DNA from: Spirochaetia bacterium
GTDB taxonomy: Bacteria; Spirochaetota; Spirochaetia; SZUA-6; Bin103
NCBI GenBank assembly: GCA_965203055.1
Contig: OZ241863.1
Coordinates: 352,001 to 416,000, forward strand
Reading direction: 5' to 3'
Length of the DNA stretch: 64,000 bases
The notes beneath the pieces were generated by a model. The model was not told the DNA's origin. It ran no database searches and saw only the letters and a list, made by a program, of their open reading frames with translations. Shown piece after piece: positions 10,072-18,936 of this stretch. Every line of letters begins with the position of its first letter. Within the stretch, counting starts at the first letter, position 1. The position numbers and the translations under genes are program-made.

Positions 10072-10101
10072 TTGCCGGCGGTTCGCGCCGCCCCGTAGAA
10101 T
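10072..10101 (+). promoter_or_regulatory. Putative sigma70 promoter of eda
   Basis: TTGCCG-18 nt-TAGAAT, 9 nt before the ATG. Confidence 0.6.
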
Positions 10102-10110
10102 GGCGCCGCC

Positions 10111-10857
10111 ATGGCGAATTCGCATGAAGCGGCGCACGGCGGGAGCCTGCCGCAGGTTGGCGGGCGGTTGGAGTGGTATGGCGCGGTCCTGGCCGGCGGG
10201 TTGGTGCCGCTGTTCTATCACGGCGATCCCGCGGTGGCGTGCGCGGTGGCCGAAGCGCTGGTGGAGGGTGGTGCGCGGGCGGTGGAGTTCACCAATCGCG
10301 GCCCCGGGGCCTTGCGCGTGTTTCAGGAACTGGCCGAGCGACCGTCCCTGCAAGACGCTGCCAGTCTCGGTGTCGGCTCGGTGATCGACGCGCCAACCGC
10401 GGCGCTGTTCATCGCCGCGGGCGCCCGCTTCGTGGTGAGCCCGAGCTTCAACGCCGAGGTGGCGCGGCTCTGCAACCGCCGCAAGATTCCCTACCTGCCC
10501 GGCTGCGCCACGCCAACGGAAATCTCCACCGCCGAGGAGTGGGGCGCCGAGATCGTCAAGGTGTTTCCCGGCAAGGTGGGCGGCCCGGCGTTCATCAAGG
10601 ACGTGCTCGCCCCCATGCCGTGGTCGCGACTCATGCCCACCGGCGGCGTCCGGTTGAGCGCGGCGAACCTGCGGGAGTGGTTCGCGGCCGGCGCCTGCTG
10701 CGTGGGAATGGGCAGTGACCTGGTGCGCGCCGACCTGGTGGCGGCTGGCGACTACCCGGCCATCAGCGCCAACGTCCGCACCGCGCTACGACTCATCAAG
10801 GACGCCCGCGGCCAGGTTCCGAGTCAGGCCGGCGGGAGGGGGCGGCGGCCGGCGTAG
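10111..10857 (+). CDS. eda: KDPG/KHG aldolase
   Basis: VEFTNR, GCATPTE, VKVFPG and MPTGGV motifs. Confidence 0.9.
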   Translation: MANSHEAAHGGSLPQVGGRLEWYGAVLAGGLVPLFYHGDPAVACAVAEALVEGGARAVEFTNRGPGALRVFQELAERPSLQDAASLGVGSVIDAPTAALFIAAGARFVVSPSFNAEVARLCNRRKIPYLPGCATPTEISTAEEWGAEIVKVFPGKVGGPAFIKDVLAPMPWSRLMPTGGVRLSAANLREWFAAGACCVGMGSDLVRADLVAAGDYPAISANVRTALRLIKDARGQVPSQAGGRGRRPA

Positions 10858-11198
10858 CCGTCGGCGATGCGGTGATAGTAGCGCAGCTCCGGCTCGTCGC
10901 TGCGCCAGCACAGGAACACTACCTCGTCGTCGATCAGCGCCGGGAAGTCGACCAGCCCGATCCGGAAGTTCCAGTCCTTGTAGTAGCAGCCCATCCCGGT
11001 CAGCTCGGCGAGCAGATCGCGAAGCTGCTCCTGCAGCTCCTCGATAGCCGGCGCCGCGGCGCGCCCCGAGAGTACCTCCCGCGCCTGCTCGCCGAGGGCG
11101 AGGATGTCGCGCACGATGGCGCGCACCAGCGGCAGCGTGCGCTGCGCCTCGGTAACGGTGAACAGGCGCGGAAAGTCGTACTCGGGTGCGGTGGCCAT
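10824..11198 (-). CDS. DUF2203 family protein
   Basis: FTVTEA..LP, GLVDFPA and FLCWRSDEPEL.YYH...GYAGRRP motifs. The start overlaps the permease stop. Confidence 0.85.
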   Translation of the reverse strand: MATAPEYDFPRLFTVTEAQRTLPLVRAIVRDILALGEQAREVLSGRAAAPAIEELQEQLRDLLAELTGMGCYYKDWNFRIGLVDFPALIDDEVVFLCWRSDEPELRYYHRIADGYAGRRPLPPA

Positions 11199-12325
11199 TA
11201 CTTGTAGGGATCCGCGGCATCCCGGAGACCGTCACCGAGGAAGTTGTAGCAAAGCACGGTAATCACCACGAACATGGCCGGGATCAACAGCCACGGATTC
11301 AGCGCTACCGTTCTGATATTCTGCGCCTGTTGAAGGAGAACCCCCCAACTTACCGCCGGCGGCCTGAGCCCGACGCCGATGAAACTCAGCGCTGTCTCGC
11401 CAAGGATCATGTACGGGACTGCCAAGGTGAGGTGAACGATCAGGTAACTCATGAATCCCGGAAGCAGGTGCGCGCCGATGATGCGCATCTCTCCCACGTT
11501 GGATATCTTTGCCGAGAGAACATAGTCCTCCTCGCGGAGCTGCAGCATCTTGCCGCGCACCACCCGCGCCAGTCCGGTCCATCCGAATATCGACAGAATC
11601 ACGGTAATCATGAAGTAGATGCGAACCGGCGGCCAGGCCGCGGGAACGGCGGCGGCCAACGCCATCCAGAGCGGGAGCGTCGGAATGGAGCCAAAGAACT
11701 CGATGATCCTCTGAATGAGCATATCGGCCGCGCCGCCGAAATAGCCGGATATGCCGCCGAGCAAGCAACCGAATACGAAGCTTGCCAGTACGCCCACCAG
11801 GCCGATGGTCAACGATATTCGAGCGCCGTAGAGCGTCCGGGAGAACATGTCCCGGCCGAGGTCGTCGGTGCCAAAGAGAAACAGCGTACCGGGCGCGTCC
11901 ACGCCCATGAAGTGGATCGCCGTCGCAAAGACACCAAGCAGTCTGTACTCGGCGCCGCGTACAAAGAAGCGTATCGGGAACATCGTCTCCTTGTCTGCGA
12001 CGTAGATGCGGCGCAACGTCTCCGGGTTTCGCCCAACGTCAAGACCATACACGAACGGACGGGAGAGCCGACCCTCATGAAAGATGCGGATCCTCTGTGT
12101 TGGCGCCAGAATGTACTCGTTGTTGCGATCAAAAATTTCGTAGGTTGAGAAGAAACCCGGTGCGATGGCTCCGGCCACGTACAATACGATCAGGACGACG
12201 CCGCCAATTATCGCGAGTCTGTGTTTGAACAGATTCCGCCTCATCAGCACCCAACTGGAGGCGGTGTAGTAGGCTTCTTCGGCGTCTGTTGCGCGCGCTG
12301 CGAAAGTGCGCGTTTCCGACCGCAT
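11198..12325 (-). CDS. Peptide/nickel ABC transporter permease (DppC/OppC type)
   Basis: GTDDLGRD, ETALSFIGVG and NFLGDGLRDAADP motifs. Confidence 0.93.
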   Translation of the reverse strand: MRSETRTFAARATDAEEAYYTASSWVLMRRNLFKHRLAIIGGVVLIVLYVAGAIAPGFFSTYEIFDRNNEYILAPTQRIRIFHEGRLSRPFVYGLDVGRNPETLRRIYVADKETMFPIRFFVRGAEYRLLGVFATAIHFMGVDAPGTLFLFGTDDLGRDMFSRTLYGARISLTIGLVGVLASFVFGCLLGGISGYFGGAADMLIQRIIEFFGSIPTLPLWMALAAAVPAAWPPVRIYFMITVILSIFGWTGLARVVRGKMLQLREEDYVLSAKISNVGEMRIIGAHLLPGFMSYLIVHLTLAVPYMILGETALSFIGVGLRPPAVSWGVLLQQAQNIRTVALNPWLLIPAMFVVITVLCYNFLGDGLRDAADPYK

Positions 12326-13326
12326 TATCGCGCCAGTGACTGCTTCTCGAATCGTATCCGAGGATCCACGACAACCAGTAGCATATCGGAGATGAGATTG
12401 CCAATTATACCCAGCGCGCTGAGAAGCATGAGCATACTTCCGGCCAGGAACATGTCCTGTGCCTGAAGCGCGCGCAGCAGAAGTGGTCCGATCGTAGGAA
12501 GGCTGATGACGATCGAGGTCAGCGTAGCTCCGGATATGATGGCGGGAAGTAACCCGCCGATGGTGCTGATCACGGGGTTTATTGCGATCCGAATCGGATA
12601 TTTCATAAGCAGCGACCGCTCGTTCAGGCCCTTGGAGCGGGCGGTAATCACATACTGCTTCTTGAGCTCATCGAGCAGACATCCCCTCATTACTCTAATG
12701 GTCCAGGCGGTGCCGGCCGTGCCGATCACTATCAGTGGAATAGGAAGGTGCTTGAGCAGATCCACGAACTTCGCCAGGCTCCAGGGCGCCGCCGAGTATT
12801 CCGGTGAGAAGAGTCCTCCGACGCTCCACCCGGTGTATTTGTACAGTAGAAACATGAGGACGAGCGCGAGCAGGAAATTGGGAGTTGCCAAGCCGGCAAA
12901 CCCGAGAACGGTAAACGTGTAGTCACCAAAGGAGTACTGATGCGTTGCCGAGTAGATGCCGATTGGTATCGCAATCAGATAGGTGAGCAGGAGCGTGGCG
13001 AGGGAAATGGTCACGGTGAGCGCCAGCCGCTCGCGGATCAACTCGGTAACCGGTTGGTTCCACTGGAAGGAACGTCCCATGTCACCGCGCAACAGATTTC
13101 CCAGCCACTTGAGATACTGCACGAATAGCGGCTGATCCAACCCGTAGTGCTTCTCAAGGGTGCGCATTTCCTGCTCGCTGACCACGGTGCCTCGGGAGTT
13201 CATGTTTTCGATCAGCATGCTCAGGAAGTCGCCGGGCGGGAGCTGTATGATAATGAACGAGACCGCCGACAGGATCACGAGGACGACGATCATGTAGAGG
13301 ACTCGGCGTATGAGGTAGTTCAGCAC
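12325..13326 (-). CDS. Peptide/nickel ABC transporter permease (DppB/OppB type)
   Basis: YGLDQP..VQY, YVITARSKGL and VDPRIR motifs. Confidence 0.93.
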   Translation of the reverse strand: MLNYLIRRVLYMIVVLVILSAVSFIIIQLPPGDFLSMLIENMNSRGTVVSEQEMRTLEKHYGLDQPLFVQYLKWLGNLLRGDMGRSFQWNQPVTELIRERLALTVTISLATLLLTYLIAIPIGIYSATHQYSFGDYTFTVLGFAGLATPNFLLALVLMFLLYKYTGWSVGGLFSPEYSAAPWSLAKFVDLLKHLPIPLIVIGTAGTAWTIRVMRGCLLDELKKQYVITARSKGLNERSLLMKYPIRIAINPVISTIGGLLPAIISGATLTSIVISLPTIGPLLLRALQAQDMFLAGSMLMLLSALGIIGNLISDMLLVVVDPRIRFEKQSLAR

Positions 13327-13359
13327 CGCTCTGACGGATGCGCCCGCGGGGTCGCGGTG

Positions 13360-15342
13360 CTACTTGAAGTACAATCCTTCAGCGAAGTAGTTCAGATCAC
13401 CGAGCCAACCCATCCACGGCGGAAACTCCGTCGGTACGTTTCCGAGGCTATTCTTGGCGATCAGCGGCTGCGGCGCCATGCCGACGGTGCCGATTCCGAC
13501 CAGATACTTCGCATGCCAATCGTGAACCCGCTGCCGCAGCTCGTTATACTCTGCCGAACCCAGCATGTACTTCTGCGAGTCGCGGTCCCAGTCCTCGAGC
13601 TCCATCACCCAGTCGGGCGGTTCCTCGCCCGGAAGCTGCCCGCCTTCAAAATCGTCCAGGGTGGCGGTGCCGGCTTCAACGTCATATTTGGCGTTCAACC
13701 ACTTTCTCCATTCTCCGGCCCAGGAAATATCATTCTGCCGCTTGCTCACGCCGTAATATGGCTCGGTGAAGGCGAATATCTCGGTGGCGAAGTACAACGG
13801 GCTCACGATGATCCCGTGCTCGGGCAGCGCCCGGCGCTGACTGAACAGCGCGTTCTCCTGGAACTTGATGGTAACTTCAAGGTCCAGCGCCTTCCAGTAC
13901 TCTTCCACCAGCTCAAACAGCTTGGCTGAAATAGTGCCGCCGACTCGCACGCTGGTTTCGATCAGCAAGCTGACCGGTTTGCCGTCCGGGCGCAGGCGTA
14001 TGCCGTTCCTGTCGCGCTCGGCAAGACCCATCTCATCGAGGAGCGCGTTCGCCCTGTCCGGATCGTACTCAGCAAACGCCTCGCCCCATTCCGGCTTGTA
14101 GTAACTGACCGTAGGCAGGACCGTCGCCTGCCGGGGGACCGCCCGACCGGAATAGACCACTTCGTTGATCTCCTCGCGGTTTATGGCGAGAGACAGCGCC
14201 TGACGAAATCTGACGTCGTTATTTATCGCCCGCTCAACCGGATCGGAGTGATTCATGTTGATTCCGAAGTTCGCCTCGGTGCCGTGAAATCCGGGAAGCA
14301 GAATGACGCGGTAGTCTCCCTGCCGCTCGTTCTCCTTGTAGAGGGTAAAGTTGTCAAAGGAAGTATTCATCCAGGCAAAGTCGGCCTCGCCAGTCACGAT
14401 CTTGATGTCATACAGTTCCTTGTCGATGATATTGTTGTTGATCCGATCGATGTATGGAAGTTGGTTGCCTTCGGCGTCTACCTTCCAATAGTATGGATTC
14501 CGTTCGAAAATCTTGACGGTGGTATCCATCTTGACAAACATCCAGGGCTGGAGGGTCGGCTTCTCGACATCGCTCATCGGTGCCCACCAGTAGTGACTGT
14601 GCATCAATTTGGACCAGTCTTCGAATCCGGCTTCCTTGGCCAAGGCATTGGCATCGGGGTTGTACTTGATGTGATACTTTTCGAGAAAATGCTTCGGGTG
14701 ATAGCCTTGCCATTCACTGGAGAACCACTGGCCCATCTCATAGTACATGACCGGAGAGGGTTCGTCCGCCTCATAGACAACGGTATGGTCGTCCAGCTTT
14801 CTTATTCGTTTCACGTAGTTGGAACCACCCCAGGTCGTGACGTTCTCATCCCAATGCATGTCTTCATACATGAACAGGATGTCGTCCGCGCTGAACGGGG
14901 CGCCGTCGGACCATTTTGTGCCTCGGCGAAGCGTCACGGTGATACTTGTCATGTCGGAGCTAAAGTCCACTGACCGAGCCAGGTTACCCACTATGGTCCT
15001 GTTGTCGTCGGCAAAGTTACCCAGGTAGCCGCCGCGCTCCGGCTCATCGCCGAGGTCGTGCCAGGGATTCGCATCCATGGAAAAGGAGTTCAGCGTACCG
15101 CCGTACTTTCCGACGCCCTCGAGCGGCTTGAGGACGGCGGGTACTTCCGGAAGCCGTTCGTCAACTGGCGGAAGTTCGCCCCTGGCCACCAGTTCGGCCA
15201 GCATCGGAGCCTCCTGGTATATCGAATCCGACACCATCGTCGTTGAGGCGGCAGTGTCCTCCTCGTCGGTGGTGCCGCCGGCAATGGCGGGCGCCGCGGC
15301 GAAGCAAGTCAGGATACCGGCGAGGAGTGTGATCCGTTTCAT
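13360..15342 (-). CDS. ABC transporter solute-binding protein, family 5
   Basis: Signal peptide MKRITLLAG, LPPVDERLP, KWSDGAPFSADD and RNPYYWKVDAEGNQLPYID motifs. RBS GGAG. Confidence 0.92.
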   Translation of the reverse strand: MKRITLLAGILTCFAAAPAIAGGTTDEEDTAASTTMVSDSIYQEAPMLAELVARGELPPVDERLPEVPAVLKPLEGVGKYGGTLNSFSMDANPWHDLGDEPERGGYLGNFADDNRTIVGNLARSVDFSSDMTSITVTLRRGTKWSDGAPFSADDILFMYEDMHWDENVTTWGGSNYVKRIRKLDDHTVVYEADEPSPVMYYEMGQWFSSEWQGYHPKHFLEKYHIKYNPDANALAKEAGFEDWSKLMHSHYWWAPMSDVEKPTLQPWMFVKMDTTVKIFERNPYYWKVDAEGNQLPYIDRINNNIIDKELYDIKIVTGEADFAWMNTSFDNFTLYKENERQGDYRVILLPGFHGTEANFGINMNHSDPVERAINNDVRFRQALSLAINREEINEVVYSGRAVPRQATVLPTVSYYKPEWGEAFAEYDPDRANALLDEMGLAERDRNGIRLRPDGKPVSLLIETSVRVGGTISAKLFELVEEYWKALDLEVTIKFQENALFSQRRALPEHGIIVSPLYFATEIFAFTEPYYGVSKRQNDISWAGEWRKWLNAKYDVEAGTATLDDFEGGQLPGEEPPDWVMELEDWDRDSQKYMLGSAEYNELRQRVHDWHAKYLVGIGTVGMAPQPLIAKNSLGNVPTEFPPWMGWLGDLNYFAEGLYFK

Positions 15343-15387
15343 GGTGGCTCCCTGGTTCGAGCGAGTGCGCTCGTGTGGCTGCCAAGA

Positions 15388-15416
15388 ATCGTAGCCTGAG
15401 GACTCCCGTCTGTCAA
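15388..15416 (-). promoter_or_regulatory. Sigma70 promoter of the ABC cluster
   Basis: TTGACA-17 nt-TACGAT on the minus strand. Confidence 0.75.
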
Positions 15417-15507
15417 CGCAGATCAACGCACGCACGCGGGTCGGTCGGTCGCGCCCCGGTAGGCAGCGACGGCCCCGGCTGCCATTATGGTCCTGAGATT
15501 CCCTGAG

Positions 15508-16815
15508 ATGATGATTCTCGACTGGACCAAGGCCGCGGACCGGGACCGCCTGCAGCAGGTGATCGATCGCTATGCGGCGCGTTCGTGGGCGGGCGGCGAG
15601 CCGGCGGCCGCAATGGCGCGGTTCCTGGACGACCTGCGGCAGCGCGGCGACGGCGCCGTGGTCGACTACCTGCGGCGGCACACCCGCGCCGACTACTCCG
15701 CGCAGGCCATTCGGGTGGCTCCCGACACCATCGCCGCCGCCGGCGCGGCCCTCGACCCGGCGGTAGCGGCCGCCCTCCGCCGCGCCGCGGACAACGTGCG
15801 CGCCTATCAGACCCACGTCATGCCGGTCGACCCGCCGCCGTTGCACCGGCATGGCGCCGAGCTGGGGCTCCGTCACACGCCGGTACCCAGCGCCGGGCTG
15901 TCGGTGCCGGGCGGCGCCGGCGCCTATCCCTCCACCCTGCTGATGCTGGCGGTCCCGGCCCAGGTCGCCGGCGTGCCGCGGCTGGCGGTCGCCACGCCGC
16001 CGCGCGCCGCCGGCGCCGAGGTCGAGATCGATGCCACGGTGCTGGGGCTGTGTCACCTGCTCGGTATCGACACGGTATACCGCATTGGCGGGTTCGCCTT
16101 GGCGGCGCTGGCGGTCGGCACCGAGCGGATCGCCCCGGTGGAGATGCTCGCCGGACCGAGCAACATCTATGGCCAGGAGGCGAAGCGGCAGCTCTTCGGC
16201 CTGGTGGGAGTGGACGGCCTCTACGGGCCGAGTGAGATCGTCGTGCTGGCGGATGACTCGGCACACCCCGCCTGGGTCGCCGCCGACCTGTTGGCGCAGG
16301 CCGAGCATGACCCCGGCACCGCCATCCTGGTGGCGGTCGAGCGGGGCGTGGTGGAGACGGTGGCCGCGGCGCTGCAGGAGCTGCTGGCCGGGCGCGCCCG
16401 GCGCGGCGCTCTGGAGCGGGCCTTGCGCGCGAGCTGCGCCCTGGTGCAGGTGCCGGACCGCGCCGCGGCCTGTGAACTGATCGACCGTATCGCCCCGGAG
16501 CACCTGACCCTGGCGGTGCGCGACCCGCAGGCGGCGCTGGCCCAGGTGCGCCACGCCGGCGCCGTGTTCCTGGGCGACCGTTCCCCGGTGGCCGGCGGCG
16601 ACTACTGGGCCGGCCCCAGCCACTGTCTGCCCACCGGCGCCACGGCGCGCTTCAGCTCCGGCTGCAGCGTGTATACCTTCCTCAAGCGCACCAGCGTGGA
16701 GGCATATCCGCACGGGCTGCCGCGGCAGGCGTTCGACGACATCGAACTGCTGGCGGAGTTGGAGGGGTTCGAGGCCCACCGCCACAGCGTGCGCCTGCGG
16801 CGCCCCGCGGACTAG
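15508..16815 (+). CDS. hisD: Histidinol dehydrogenase
   Basis: VPGG...YPST, GPSE, LLAQAEHD, APEHL and GDYWAGPSHCLPT motifs. Start uncertain (15487-15511). Confidence 0.93.
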   Translation: MMILDWTKAADRDRLQQVIDRYAARSWAGGEPAAAMARFLDDLRQRGDGAVVDYLRRHTRADYSAQAIRVAPDTIAAAGAALDPAVAAALRRAADNVRAYQTHVMPVDPPPLHRHGAELGLRHTPVPSAGLSVPGGAGAYPSTLLMLAVPAQVAGVPRLAVATPPRAAGAEVEIDATVLGLCHLLGIDTVYRIGGFALAALAVGTERIAPVEMLAGPSNIYGQEAKRQLFGLVGVDGLYGPSEIVVLADDSAHPAWVAADLLAQAEHDPGTAILVAVERGVVETVAAALQELLAGRARRGALERALRASCALVQVPDRAAACELIDRIAPEHLTLAVRDPQAALAQVRHAGAVFLGDRSPVAGGDYWAGPSHCLPTGATARFSSGCSVYTFLKRTSVEAYPHGLPRQAFDDIELLAELEGFEAHRHSVRLRRPAD

Positions 16816-16850
16816 GCAGGACACCCGCCGGCGGCTGCGCGAGGTGGTGA

Positions 16851-16879
16851 TTGTCGCCATCGCCAATGGCGATTATCAT
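16851..16879 (+). promoter_or_regulatory. Promoter with a palindromic spacer (putative operator)
   Basis: TTGTCG-17 nt-TATCAT. The spacer contains the inverted repeat ATCGCCA-A-TGGCGAT. Confidence 0.6.
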
Positions 16880-16889
16880 GTTAGTCGCC

Positions 16890-18077
16890 ATGTCAACGGG
16901 CGCCGGTCTGATCCCACGCTGCCTGCAACTGGAGCGGCTCCTCGCGCGCCGGTCGGTATTTCTGTTCGGGCCGCGCCAGACCGGCAAGACCACCTACGTC
17001 CGCACGCAGCTCGCTGACCGCGTCGCGCTGACGTTTACCCTGCTCGACCGGGGGCTGCTGACCTCGGTGCTGGCCGACCCGTCGCGCATCCGCCGCGAAG
17101 TGGAGGCCCGGGGCCTGCGCGATACGGTGGTCTGCATCGACGAGATCCAGAAGTGCCCGGAGCTGATGGACGAAGTGCAGCTCATGATCGAAACGCGCGG
17201 CATTCGGTTCCTGCTTACCGGCTCCAGCGCGCGGGCGCTGCGCAGCAAAGGCGTCAACCTGCTCGGCGGGCGCGGCAGCGACCGGGTGATGCGCCCGTTC
17301 TCCTGGTGTGAGCTGCAGGACACCGGCTTCTCCCTGACGCGCGCGATCAACCATGGTCTGCTGCCGCCGCACTATCTGTCCGACGATCCCGACGAGGAGC
17401 TGTCATCCTACGTCGACCGCTACCTGACCGAGGAAATCGCGGCGGAGGGCTGGGCGCGCAACCTGCCCGGCTTCGCCCGCTTTCTGGAGACCGCCGCCGC
17501 CACCAACGCCCGGCTTCTGAACTACTCCAACGTGGCGCGGGACGCGCAGGTGCCGCGCCAGACCGTGGTGCAGTGGTACAAGATACTGACCGACACGCTC
17601 ATCGCCGCGGAACTGCCTCCCTATACGCGCACCGTCAAGCGCAAGGCAATCGAGACCGCCAAGTTCTACTTCTTCGATACCGGCGTGGTGCGGGCGCTGC
17701 GGCGGCTGCCGCCGGTAGACGAGGCGTCGGCGGACTTCGGCGAGTTCTTCGAGCACTACGTGTTCCACGAGCTGCGCACCTGGATCGACTATCGGCGCCC
17801 GCGGACGCGGCTCGCCTACTGGCGGTCGCGGTCCGGGTACGAAGTCGACTTCATCCTGGATGGCCGCGTGGCGATCGAGACCAAGGCCGCCCGGCGTGTC
17901 CACGACAAACACCTGCGCGGCCTGCGCGCGCTGGCGGAGGAGGGGTTGGTCGAGCGCTCCATCCTGGTCTGCCGCGAGGAGCGGCCGCGCCTGGAGCCCG
18001 GCGTCGCGCACGGCACCGAGATCTGGCCGCTCCGGTTCTTCCTCGCCGCGCTCTGGCGCGACGAGCTCCTGGTTTAG
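16890..18077 (+). CDS. AAA_14 ATPase with DUF4143 domain
   Basis: GPRQTGKT, IDEIQK, LTGSS, KFYFFDTG and YWR...EVDF...IETK motifs. Confidence 0.92.
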   Translation: MSTGAGLIPRCLQLERLLARRSVFLFGPRQTGKTTYVRTQLADRVALTFTLLDRGLLTSVLADPSRIRREVEARGLRDTVVCIDEIQKCPELMDEVQLMIETRGIRFLLTGSSARALRSKGVNLLGGRGSDRVMRPFSWCELQDTGFSLTRAINHGLLPPHYLSDDPDEELSSYVDRYLTEEIAAEGWARNLPGFARFLETAAATNARLLNYSNVARDAQVPRQTVVQWYKILTDTLIAAELPPYTRTVKRKAIETAKFYFFDTGVVRALRRLPPVDEASADFGEFFEHYVFHELRTWIDYRRPRTRLAYWRSRSGYEVDFILDGRVAIETKAARRVHDKHLRGLRALAEEGLVERSILVCREERPRLEPGVAHGTEIWPLRFFLAALWRDELLV

Positions 18078-18078
18078 T

Positions 18079-18813
18079 CTAGTCCGCCGCGGCCACCAGG
18101 ATCTTGGCGGCGGCGCCGGCTCCCAGGGTAAGGGCGCCGCGTCCCACTACGGTGACCGCCATCGCGTCGGCTTGCGGGTCGCGGCGCTCCACCACCAGTT
18201 CGGCGCCGGGTACCAGCCCGGAGCGCTCGGCGAATTGCAGGAACCCGGCGTCCTGGTCGATCACCCGGGCGACGCGCAGGCGCTCGCCGCTCCCCCGCTG
18301 CGCCAGCGGCTCGAAGCGGGTGTCGTCGATCTCGCCGCGGTTGGTGGGAATCGGGTCGCCGTGCGGGTCCACCCGCGGCCGGCCGATCAGCTCGTCGATC
18401 TTCTCCAGCACCTTGTCGCTGATGGCGTGCTCCAGCAGCTCCGCCTCGGTGTGCACCTCGGACCAGTCGAGCTTGAGCACCTCGACCAGGAACGCCTCCA
18501 CCAGCCGATGGCGCCGCAGCACGTTGAGGGCGAGTTGCTCCCCGGCGGCGGTGAGGCGGCTGCCGCCGCGCGGCTCGTAGTCGATCAGCCCGGAGCGGGC
18601 GAGGCTCTTGACCATGGAGGTCGCGGTGCCGGGCGACACCCCGACGCCCTCCGCCAGCCGCTTCATGGGCACCCGCTCGCGCGAGTCCTTCTGCGCCTCC
18701 AGGTAGATCTGCTTGATGTAATTCTCGACCGTGCTGCTGTGAGCGGAAACCGACGCGGCCCTGATGGATGAGACTCCGGGGCCAACATTGTGCCGCTGCG
18801 GCGGGGCTGTCAA
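18079..18813 (-). CDS. DtxR/MntR family metal-dependent regulator with FeoA domain
   Basis: VENYIKQIY, RRHRLVEAFL, HTEAELLEH and DPHGDPIP motifs. Start uncertain. Confidence 0.9.
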   Translation of the reverse strand: MTAPPQRHNVGPGVSSIRAASVSAHSSTVENYIKQIYLEAQKDSRERVPMKRLAEGVGVSPGTATSMVKSLARSGLIDYEPRGGSRLTAAGEQLALNVLRRHRLVEAFLVEVLKLDWSEVHTEAELLEHAISDKVLEKIDELIGRPRVDPHGDPIPTNRGEIDDTRFEPLAQRGSGERLRVARVIDQDAGFLQFAERSGLVPGAELVVERRDPQADAMAVTVVGRGALTLGAGAAAKILVAAAD

Positions 18814-18844
18814 GGCGCCGCCGGGCGGCTTTGGGCGGCTTCAA

Positions 18845-18912
18845 TCCGGGAAGGCCCCCTCTCCCACGCCGTGGCGCGAGTGCCAAGGCACGGGCAAGGA
18901 GGCTTTCCCGGA
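18845..18912 (-). terminator. Long imperfect hairpin downstream of the solute-binding protein gene
   Basis: TCCGGGAAGGCC...GGCTTTCCCGGA arms with further inner pairing. No U-tract. Confidence 0.5.
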
Positions 18913-18936
18913 CGGCTGCGGCAGCGGCAGGATGCG

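Noticed and set aside
15343..16866. Long N-terminal extensions in the ORF track (e.g. the 1168-aa SBP, 1186-aa transglutaminase, 860-aa GH88 and 796-aa MenE)
   Set aside because: Read-through of stop-poor frames overlapping other genes, not true fusions. The real starts are downstream.
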